Assembly: GCA_031281815.1 (NCBI GenBank)
Contig: JAITEY010000155.1
Span: 1 to 33,780 of the forward strand
From: Desulfovibrio sp.
GTDB taxonomy: Bacteria > Desulfobacterota > Desulfovibrionia > Desulfovibrionales > Desulfovibrionaceae
DNA: 33,780 nt
Reading direction: 5' to 3'
Each line of letters opens with the position of its first letter. The first letter of the stretch is position 1. Both the position numbers and the translations under genes were made by a program. Below the pieces are notes generated by a model. That model worked only from the letters and a program-made list of their open reading frames with translations, searched no databases and had not been told where the DNA came from. Below, in pieces: positions 1-6,908 of the stretch.

Positions 1-343
1 TAGCTATGGCTGCCTCCAGTTCAGCTTCGGAATAATGAAGAAAAAGGTTAGCTACGCCTTGCAAGTAAGTCAGCTCAGCTTGGGAAATATTTTCCTTTTC
101 ATTTTTTTCAAACCCATAGAGAAAAAAACAGCGATTCTCCCTATTGGTGGCTATGATTGTCCTGGTGCTGCCGCTTTTGCCTCTTCCCGGCAAGGCAATG
201 CGTTTTTTATAGAGATTGCTTCCCAGGTCGGCATCAACAAGTCCGCGCGCCATTTCATTCAACGCCGTAATTAAAGCCGCATCATCCAGTTGAGTTTTCT
301 TCATCCAGTGGGAGAATTGTCGCGTTTTCAGGACATATTTCAT
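1..343 (-). CDS. Type II toxin-antitoxin RelE/ParE-superfamily toxin (HigB-2/DUF1044-like), 3' end runs off the window
   Basis: Not in the ORF track. Manual translation from ATG at 343 gives MKYVLKTRQFSHWMKKTQLDDAALITALNEMARGLVDADLGSNLYKKRIALPGRGKSGSTRTIIATNRENRCFFLYGFEKNEKENISQAEL..., open to position 1. The GLVDADLG, K-R-A-PG-GKSG and FFLYGF-KNE--NI patterns are typical of this family. Confidence 0.88.
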   Translation of the reverse strand, partial: MKYVLKTRQFSHWMKKTQLDDAALITALNEMARGLVDADLGSNLYKKRIALPGRGKSGSTRTIIATNRENRCFFLYGFEKNEKENISQAELTYLQGVANLFLHYSEAELEAAIA

Positions 344-364
344 TTTTTCGTGTTGTCTTATGTT

Positions 365-393
365 GATATAATACCTTGCACCATAGATGTCAA
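365..393 (-). promoter_or_regulatory. Putative sigma70 promoter for the toxin gene
   Basis: Minus strand TTGACA (393-388), 17-nt spacer, TATATC (370-365), ending 21 nt before the ATG at 343 in AT-rich DNA. Confidence 0.45.
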
Positions 394-523
394 AAAATAT
401 TAGACTGTTTTTTCAATGTATTACTTATGGAGGGAGTCGGCCTGAGCCGGTGCTGGGCCAACATTTGCCTCCAATGTTCCCGGCCGGGATCGGAGCGGCG
501 CCCGGAAACAATCGGCGTTTTCC

Positions 524-1759
524 TTAAGGTTTGACCAACGCGTCGTACAACGCGTTCCGAACGTCCAGCGTCACCTTGCCGATCATTCCTTCAAAGGCGG
601 TATTCGTCAGCAGAACCACGGAGAGCTTGTTCTGCGGGTCGACAAACCACATCGAACCGTAGACGCCGCCCCAGGCCAGCGTGCCGTCGGCTTGCGGCGT
701 TAAGAGCTTTGCGCGGTCGGTGACGACCGACCAGCCCAAAGCGTACGCCGAACCCGGCGCAACCGCGTCGGGCGCGGTAAAGGGTTTTTTCATCTCCCGC
801 AGGACCTCCGGCGCGGCAACGGACGCGCCGTCGTTTCGTATCGCTTCCAAGAGGCGCAGCACATCGCCTGCCGTACTGAGCATGCCCGCGCCGCCGGAAG
901 GAAAAGCCTCCGGGTGAAAGGCCCTGTCCGGGGAAAAATGCAGCATGAGTATCCCCATCAACACGTCCTGACCAAGCGGGCGCATGGGCAGCGGTTCCGG
1001 CAAGGCGTTGTAGTAGGGTTTCGCGGGCATGACGGCGTCCGGGGAAACGGCGAAGACGCTCGACGTGAGCCCCAGGGGTTCACAGACCAGCTCGCGCACG
1101 GCAACGTCGAGGGGCGCGCCGTAGGCGGCGGCCACAACGCCGCCCAGCACGTCCGTAGCCAGCGAATAACGCCATTGCGCGCCCGGGGTAAAGAGCAGCG
1201 GCACCGAGGCAAGGCGTTTGAGGTTTTCTTCAAGGGTCAACGGCGTGAGGTCCAGTCCGTCGGAAACGCCGGCGCGCCGGTAGGGACCGTTCGCGGCCTG
1301 AAAGAAACCGTAATCAAGTCCGGCCGTGTGGGAAAGCAGGTGGGCGACGCGTATCTCCGCTTTGCCGCCGTCGGGGAGGGGCGGAGTAAAATACGGCAGT
1401 ACCTTGCTCACCGGGTCGTCCAGGGCGAGCTTGCCCCGGCTGATGAGGGCTGCGGCGGCCGTCGCCGTGAACGCCTTGGTTGTGGAAGCCAGCCGGAAAA
1501 CCGTATCAAGGCGCATCGGCGTTGCGTTTTCTCTGTCGGCAAAACCGACGGCCTCGGCGTACACTGTTTTGCCGTCCAACGCAGCCATGAGCACGGCGCC
1601 GACCAGGCGGCGTTCTTGAATCGCCCTATCAAGGGCCGCATCCACTTTCGCAAAATCGTGGCTCTCGGCGGCTTCCGCAGCGCCGGCATCCGGCATCGGG
1701 AGCGCCGACGCGCAGAACAGCAGGAACAGTAACGGAACGGCAAACAGTTTGTTCTTCAT
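524..1759 (-). CDS. Secreted serine hydrolase, beta-lactamase class C / family VIII esterase (EstB-like)
   Basis: N-terminal signal peptide, SxxK motif (FRLASTTK), LLSHTAGL, WRYSL catalytic Tyr and WGG motif. Confidence 0.88.
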   Translation of the reverse strand: MKNKLFAVPLLFLLFCASALPMPDAGAAEAAESHDFAKVDAALDRAIQERRLVGAVLMAALDGKTVYAEAVGFADRENATPMRLDTVFRLASTTKAFTATAAAALISRGKLALDDPVSKVLPYFTPPLPDGGKAEIRVAHLLSHTAGLDYGFFQAANGPYRRAGVSDGLDLTPLTLEENLKRLASVPLLFTPGAQWRYSLATDVLGGVVAAAYGAPLDVAVRELVCEPLGLTSSVFAVSPDAVMPAKPYYNALPEPLPMRPLGQDVLMGILMLHFSPDRAFHPEAFPSGGAGMLSTAGDVLRLLEAIRNDGASVAAPEVLREMKKPFTAPDAVAPGSAYALGWSVVTDRAKLLTPQADGTLAWGGVYGSMWFVDPQNKLSVVLLTNTAFEGMIGKVTLDVRNALYDALVKP

Positions 1760-1864
1760 CAGAATTTCCTTTTTTTCTCCTCTACACCTCCATCGGGGAA
1801 ATGTCGAATGCCGGCCGCAACGCTCGGTAATTCCATATCAGATGTACCACAGCGAAAAAGACCT

Positions 1865-2287
1865 TCACTGTCCGTATGCACGAACGGCCTGCGCCGACAG
1901 GCCGGAGCGGGTAAATCCGTAGGCTTCGGCTTTTTTATCGGCTTCCTCCAGAGTCGCCCTCGGCAAAGAAACGGTTATTTTCACCGGCGCCATATCAAGC
2001 GACGGAGCGCGGAAAAGCTGATAATGTACGCCGTCCGGCATAGCAAGGCCGCTCTCTCTCCTTATTTCCGAGACTTTGCGCTGTACCGATTCTTTGTTTG
2101 ACGGTTCGGGAATCGGTTTTTTCGCCGCTGCGAGTTCCTGCAGGAGGTCTTCCAGAATATCCGCACCGTATTCCTCACATTCTTCCAAGGAATATCCGCC
2201 TGTCACGGCACCGGGGGCATCCGGAAAATACACGGAGAAATTCCCTTCCTTTTCCGGCACGAACGCCGCGATGTAATACTTGCGCAT
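1865..2287 (-). CDS. hicB: HicB-family antitoxin with C-terminal ribbon-helix-helix domain
   Basis: N-terminal FSVYFPD-PG-VT-G-SLEE HicB fold, PIPEPS linker, and C-terminal KITVSLP...D..A...G.TRSG RHH pattern. Lies directly downstream of a hicA remnant. Confidence 0.88.
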   Translation of the reverse strand: MRKYYIAAFVPEKEGNFSVYFPDAPGAVTGGYSLEECEEYGADILEDLLQELAAAKKPIPEPSNKESVQRKVSEIRRESGLAMPDGVHYQLFRAPSLDMAPVKITVSLPRATLEEADKKAEAYGFTRSGLSAQAVRAYGQ

Positions 2288-2305
2288 GGTTCCCTTTCCT
2301 TCATA

Positions 2306-2488
2306 TCAATGTAACTTCACGCCCGTTTGCTTTTCGATTTCAGCCAAGGTGCCTGCGGGGATATCTTTCGCGTGTCGCCATATCCTTGTTATCCTGCCGG
2401 CCGGCCCCACTCCCTTGACATGTTATTTTCCCTCGGTGAATATCCACCCTGCTTCTTTCAACTTTTTTATGAGTTCGTGTGCTTTCAT
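2306..2488 (-). pseudogene. hicA: HicA-family mRNA interferase toxin with premature stop
   Basis: Manual translation: MKAHELIKKLKEAGWIFTEGK*HVKGVGPAGRITRIWRHAKDIPAGTLAEIEKQTGVKLH*. In-frame TAA at codon 22 (2425-2423) lies just before the conserved His. Size (60 codons), the DIP-GTL--I-KQ-G motif and the position upstream of hicB all fit HicA. Confidence 0.85.
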
Positions 2489-2510
2489 CCGGCACCTTCT
2501 GCAACCGGCA

Positions 2511-4202
2511 TTACATCAGCATCATTTCATGCAGGGCCGCGCCGGGGGGCACCAGGGGCGAAACCTTTTCCTCCTGCGCCGCCTCCACTTCAATGAGTAC
2601 CGGACCGGGTTCGGCCAGGGCTTTTTCCAAATCCGGACGCAGGTTTTCCGGCCTGGAAATCCTGTAGCCTTTCATGCCGTAAGCGCCGGCCAACGCCGAA
2701 AAATCCGGTTGGAAATTGTCCACCGTCGCCATGTAGTTCCTGTTGTAAAACAACTCCTGCCACTGCCGGACCATGCCCAGAGAGCGGTTGTTTATCATGA
2801 GGATCTTGATCGGCAGGCGGTTTTCCATAACCGTGCCCAGTTCCTGCATATTCATCTGGAAAGAACCGTCCCCGGAGATGTTGACGACCAGACTGTCCGG
2901 CTTTGCCAGTTGCGCGCCGACGGCGGCGGGCAGGCCGAAGCCCATGGTGCCGAGCCCCCCCGACGAAAGGAAACTGCGCGGGCGCGTGTAACAGAAAAAT
3001 TGCGCGCTCCACATCTGGTGCTGGCCCACGTCGGTGGTGATAATCGCGTTCCCTCCGGTCAGGCTGAACAGCGTTTCGATGACCCGCTGCGGCTTGATCG
3101 CGCCGTCGCATTCGCCGTCTTCCGCATAGACGGGGCGGTGCCGTTCCTTGAGTTCCTCCAGGTAGGCGAGCCATGCCGAACGGTCCGCCTGCCGGTCGGC
3201 GCCGTATTTGCGGGCGATGAGCGCGCGCAGGTCTTCCAGCGCGCGTTTGCAGTCGGCCACTATCGGCACCTGCACGGGGATGTTCTTGCGTATGGATGTC
3301 GGGTCTATATCGATCTGTATGATCTTCGCCTTGTTCGCGAACTTTTCTATTTCGCTGGTGGAACGGTCGGCAAAACGGGTGCCGGCCGCTATAATCACGT
3401 CGGCTTCGCCCGCCGCCCTGTTGGCCGCGGGAAACCCGTGCATGCCGATGAAGCCGAGCCGCAGGGGGTCGTCCCCCGGAAACCCCGAAAGCCCCATAAA
3501 GGTCGAAACCACGGGTATGGAAAGTTCCCGCGCGAACTGCGTGAGTATTTCCGATGCTCCGCTCGAAACTATGCCCCCGCCGATGATGAACAGCGGCTTT
3601 TCCGCCTTGTGAATCAGGTCCGCAGCGCGCTGAAGCTGCTGGATGTTCGGACTGTAATTGGGACGATAGGAGCGCATCTCCACGGTTTCCGGCCATACGA
3701 ATTCGCCGGGGTCGCGCAGCACGTCGCGCGGCAGATCCACCAGAACCGGGCCGGGCCGGCCGGACCGCGCCAGAAAAAAGGCCTTGCGGATGGTATCCGT
3801 TATTTTTCCGGTGTCGTGAACCAGGAAATTATGCTTCGTACAGGGACGGGTAATGCCGAGTATGTCCACTTCCTGAAAGGCGTCGTTGCCGATAAGCCCG
3901 GTGGATACCTGCCCGGTGAGCACGACCAGCGGCGTGGAGTCGGCGCAGGCCGTGGCTATGCCGGTCACGGTGTTGGTCGCGCCGGGACCGGAGGTCACCA
4001 GGCAGACCCCCACGGACCCCGAGGCTCTGGCATAGCCGTCCGCCGCATGCACGGCGCCCTGCTCATGTCTGGCCAGAACATGGCGTATGTCCGAACGCGC
4101 AAGCTCGTCGTACACGTCGTACAATGCCCCGCCGGGAAAGCCGAATATAATGCTCACGCCTTCCCCGGCGAGCGCCTTCAACAAAATTTTCGCACCGGTC
4201 AT
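2511..4202 (-). CDS. ilvB: Acetolactate synthase large (catalytic) subunit, biosynthetic type
   Basis: MTGAKIL start with AAGGA RBS, FGFPGG, RHEQGA, TSGPGATN, DVGQHQMW, SGGLGTMGFGLPAA, and the ThDP motif GDGSFQMN...NN..LGMVRQWQ. Start placed at 4202 rather than 4238. Confidence 0.93.
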   Translation of the reverse strand: MTGAKILLKALAGEGVSIIFGFPGGALYDVYDELARSDIRHVLARHEQGAVHAADGYARASGSVGVCLVTSGPGATNTVTGIATACADSTPLVVLTGQVSTGLIGNDAFQEVDILGITRPCTKHNFLVHDTGKITDTIRKAFFLARSGRPGPVLVDLPRDVLRDPGEFVWPETVEMRSYRPNYSPNIQQLQRAADLIHKAEKPLFIIGGGIVSSGASEILTQFARELSIPVVSTFMGLSGFPGDDPLRLGFIGMHGFPAANRAAGEADVIIAAGTRFADRSTSEIEKFANKAKIIQIDIDPTSIRKNIPVQVPIVADCKRALEDLRALIARKYGADRQADRSAWLAYLEELKERHRPVYAEDGECDGAIKPQRVIETLFSLTGGNAIITTDVGQHQMWSAQFFCYTRPRSFLSSGGLGTMGFGLPAAVGAQLAKPDSLVVNISGDGSFQMNMQELGTVMENRLPIKILMINNRSLGMVRQWQELFYNRNYMATVDNFQPDFSALAGAYGMKGYRISRPENLRPDLEKALAEPGPVLIEVEAAQEEKVSPLVPPGAALHEMMLM

Positions 4203-4461
4203 GCCGATCATTCCTTGTATGGTTGCCGGAGCAAACAATCCGCAACCCGCGCCGCGGCAATCCCGCCCGCTGTTCCGCCCGTCGTTCCGGAAGTCTTAAC
4301 GCATAGCCGCACTTTGCCGTTTTGTCAAAAAACGCCGACGGCGCTTCAGCGCCGACCGGGAGGCCCTGCGCGTATTGCGGACGGTGCTTGCCGAGTTGCC
4401 GCAAAGCGCGTAATGACGTTTTCGGGAAAGAAAATTTTGCTCTACTACGGCGAGGTGTGAC

Positions 4462-5439
4462 ATGCTGTCCGGAAAAATTCTTGCAGCGGTCGCCGCGGCG
4501 GCGACATTCTTCTTCGGAGCGGCCCTTCCGGCAACGGCCGACGTGGTTCTCTATTCCTCCAATCAACCCGAACTTCTCGACATGGTCGGCAAAGGTTTCG
4601 AGCAGGCGACAGGCATCAAGGTGACCACCGTGCGCCTGGGCACGGGCGAAGCCATGAAACGCATCGCGGCGGAAAAAGACAATCCCCTTGCGGACATCTT
4701 CTGGAGCGGCGATACGGCCGTGCTGGACGCAGCCAAAGAGAATTTCGCGCCCTATGCTTCCCCCGAAGCGCAAAACCTCCCTCCCGGCTGCATCGACCCT
4801 GAGAAACGCTGGACCGCAAGCAATACCCACCTCATGGTCCTGATGGTCAACACCAAACTGGTCAAGCCGGCGGACATGCCCGAAAGCTGGAGCGATATTC
4901 TCGACCCGAAATGGAAAGACAAGGTCGTCATGGCCGACCCGGCCAAATCCGGCTCGGCGTATTCCCAGATTTTCGGCGTTTATCAACTCTACGGACTGGA
5001 CGGGCTGACCAAACTGGCGAACAATGCCCGCATCCTCGACAGTTCCAGCCTGGTCTACAAAGGCACGGCGGAAGGCGAGTTCTCCGTCGGCATCACCATG
5101 GAATACGCGGCGTACCGTTATATCGCCGGCGGCTCGGATGCGGTGAAAATCGTGTATCCGTCCGACGGGGCGATTTCCGCCCCGGAAGGCGCCGCCCTCG
5201 TCGCCGGCGGGGCGCACGCGCAGGACGCCCGCGCCTTTTTCGATTACCTGCTCTCCAAACGGACGGTTTCGGAAATCTACCGCAAATTCTACCGCAGACC
5301 CGCGCGCACCGACGCCGACGACGTGGAAGGACTGCCTTCCGTCAAGACCTTGAAAATTGTAGAAAACAACCCGGCCGAGGCCAACCTCATGCAGAAGGAA
5401 CTGCTCGGCAAATGGCGCGCCGTGGTGCTGAACAAATAA
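4462..5439 (+). CDS. ABC transporter periplasmic substrate-binding protein (AfuA/FbpA/PhnS-like)
   Basis: Signal peptide, GTGE...RI.AEKDNP.ADIFW, P.SW.D.LDPKWK.KV.MADP.KSGSAY and YP.DG....PEG.AL motifs. Cognate ATPase and permease lie downstream. Confidence 0.88.
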   Translation: MLSGKILAAVAAAATFFFGAALPATADVVLYSSNQPELLDMVGKGFEQATGIKVTTVRLGTGEAMKRIAAEKDNPLADIFWSGDTAVLDAAKENFAPYASPEAQNLPPGCIDPEKRWTASNTHLMVLMVNTKLVKPADMPESWSDILDPKWKDKVVMADPAKSGSAYSQIFGVYQLYGLDGLTKLANNARILDSSSLVYKGTAEGEFSVGITMEYAAYRYIAGGSDAVKIVYPSDGAISAPEGAALVAGGAHAQDARAFFDYLLSKRTVSEIYRKFYRRPARTDADDVEGLPSVKTLKIVENNPAEANLMQKELLGKWRAVVLNK

Positions 5440-5449
5440 CGCGCAAAAC

Positions 5450-5509
5450 GCAAGCCCCGGCATGACGCACGGCCCCCGTCAACACTCACAATGCAAGCCC
5501 CGGCATGAC
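5450..5509 (+). repeat. 17-bp direct repeat GCAAGCCCCGGCATGAC (5450-5466 and 5493-5509)
   Basis: Two exact copies with 43-bp period, ending 2 nt before the left 20-bp att-like repeat. Confidence 0.85.
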
Positions 5510-5511
5510 CC

Positions 5512-5531
5512 ATGGCTTCCATAACCCTTGA
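5512..5531 (+). repeat. Left att-like direct repeat (duplicate of the first codons of the ABC ATPase gene)
   Basis: ATGGCTTCCATAACCCTTGA encodes MASITL, identical to 6909-6928. This copy's frame continues as a 53-aa non-homologous peptide ending in TGA at 5673. Confidence 0.9.
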
Positions 5532-5669
5532 AGGGTATTACTCCGTTATCCCCTCCTTCCCGTTTCTCCCTGTAAAATCAAGTAAAAAGCGAAATCATCG
5601 CGGGGAAATCTTCCAGGGAATAAGCGGGGAAGGAGCAGAAGTGCTTCCTCTCCGAAAAAAACAACAGGC

Positions 5670-5697
5670 TTGACTTTGTAACGTAACTCGTTACACT
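5670..5697 (+). promoter_or_regulatory. higBA promoter with overlapping palindromic operator
   Basis: TTGACT (5670-5675), 16-nt spacer, TACACT (5692-5697). A perfect inverted repeat TGTAACG-N5-CGTTACA (5677-5695) spans the spacer and -10, as expected for antitoxin autorepression. ATG follows 10 nt later with no clear SD. Confidence 0.72.
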
Positions 5698-5707
5698 TAG
5701 TCTGACC

Positions 5708-5986
5708 ATGATAAAGGGCTTCGAGCACAAGGGCCTTGAGTCGTTTTTTTATGAAGGCACGGCAAAAGGCATTCAGGCGCAACATGCCGACAGGCTGCGG
5801 CTTCGGCTTGACCGTCTGGACGCCGCCGGAGCGGTACAAGATATGAATGTGTCCGGGTATGACCTTCACCAGCTTAAAGGTAAGCTCAAGGGTCACTGGT
5901 CAGTCAAAGTCTCCGGTAATTGGCGTCTGACTTTCCGTTTTGAGGACGGCAACGCCTATGTTGTCAACTATCAGGATTATCACTGA
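5708..5986 (+). CDS. higB: HigB toxin (RelE/ParE superfamily, plasmid maintenance killer type)
   Basis: MIKGF.HKGLE.FF..G..KGIQ..HA.RLR..L.RLDAA...LH.LKG...GHWSV.VSGNWRLTFRFEDGNAYVVNYQDYH is the canonical HigB pattern. Confidence 0.95.
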   Translation: MIKGFEHKGLESFFYEGTAKGIQAQHADRLRLRLDRLDAAGAVQDMNVSGYDLHQLKGKLKGHWSVKVSGNWRLTFRFEDGNAYVVNYQDYH

Positions 5987-5996
5987 AGGAGAGGCC

Positions 5997-6320
5997 ATGC
6001 AGCGCAAAATTACCCGTAAGCGTACACATCCTGGAGAGCTTATCCGCGAAGACTATATGAAGCCGCTGAAGCTCACGGTTACATCATTGGCGGAAAATCT
6101 TGGAGTTTCCCGTAAGACACTCTCCTCCATTATCAATGAGCGGGCCGGAGTAACTCCGGATATGGCGTTGCGCCTGTCCCGCGCTTTCTGCACTACACCG
6201 GAGCTGTGGCTGAACATGCAAAGAGGGTACGATCTCTGGATAGCAGAAAATAAAAGCGCTGAATGGCAGAGCGTAGTGCCGCTGTATACTCCTTCCGCTT
6301 TAGCACAGGAACACGCATAG
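5997..6320 (+). CDS. higA: HigA antitoxin (Xre/Cro HTH)
   Basis: RBS AGGAGAGG then ATG at 5997. THPGELIREDY..PL.LTVT.LA..LGVSRKTLS.IIN.RAGVTPDMALRLSRAF.TTPELWLNMQ..YDLW is canonical HigA, in toxin-first order. Confidence 0.95.
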   Translation: MQRKITRKRTHPGELIREDYMKPLKLTVTSLAENLGVSRKTLSSIINERAGVTPDMALRLSRAFCTTPELWLNMQRGYDLWIAENKSAEWQSVVPLYTPSALAQEHA

Positions 6321-6414
6321 ACCACAAATTTCCCCGGCTAGGCGCGGAGTAATTAACCACGCTGAACGGCTGACCATGCAGCTTGCCGGGGAATACAATT
6401 CATGGTGAACCTAC

Positions 6415-6732
6415 ATGGAAGGTACGAACATAGCGCGCGAGTAGATTACCGGCAAAGAGATTATGGACGGAGGCATAGCGGCTGTTGCCCTTGGGAAAGC
6501 CTGCTTTGATGGAACATTGACAGCGTATGTGCCAGAAGTGTTGAAAAAGATATATGAATTTAGCAAGGTTCAGCGTGTACCAAAATATCCTCCTCCGGGC
6601 ATTGACGCATTACAATATGTCCGGACTGGGGAAAAGGTACGATGGGACTGGGAATTTATACTTGGTGTTAAGCCGTTAAAAATATTGCTATTGAAAATTG
6701 AGAAATCACTTGGTGAATGTTTTGCAGTATAG
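6415..6732 (+). pseudogene. Probable pseudogene of a small hypothetical mobile-element protein
   Basis: The 6463-6732 ORF extends in frame to ATG 6415 (GGTGA upstream) across one TAG at 6442-6444: MEGTNIARE*ITGKEIMDGG... Consistent with a TGG-to-TAG change. Family not recognised. Confidence 0.4.
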
Positions 6733-6908
6733 CGAATATGCCGTCACAGTTTGGTAGACGGCAGCCCATTTTGCCTTGATTTTCCAGCTGGATCAGGGCC
6801 GTCACTTGATGGGGAATGCGGTGGGGAGAAGCAAAGTGAGAAAAACGGTGAATCTCAGAATCTCTAACTCTCCCAAACAATTTCTGAACAATCATACAGT
6901 ATTGTTTT

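Noticed and set aside
35-274. 79-aa plus-strand ORF
   Set aside because: Antisense shadow of the RelE-like toxin on the minus strand.
2280-4460. 726-aa plus-strand ORF
   Set aside because: Antisense to ilvB with no recognisable motifs. Long shadow ORFs are expected with high GC at third codon positions.
4240-4460. Possible TPP riboswitch or ilv attenuator between ilvB and the SBP gene
   Set aside because: No CTGAGA / ACCTGA TPP core and no convincing Ile/Leu/Val-rich leader peptide with a terminator.
5512-5673. 53-aa ORF beginning MASITLEG
   Set aside because: Only the first codons match the ATPase. The rest is read-through into islet DNA, so it is treated as a by-product of the repeat.
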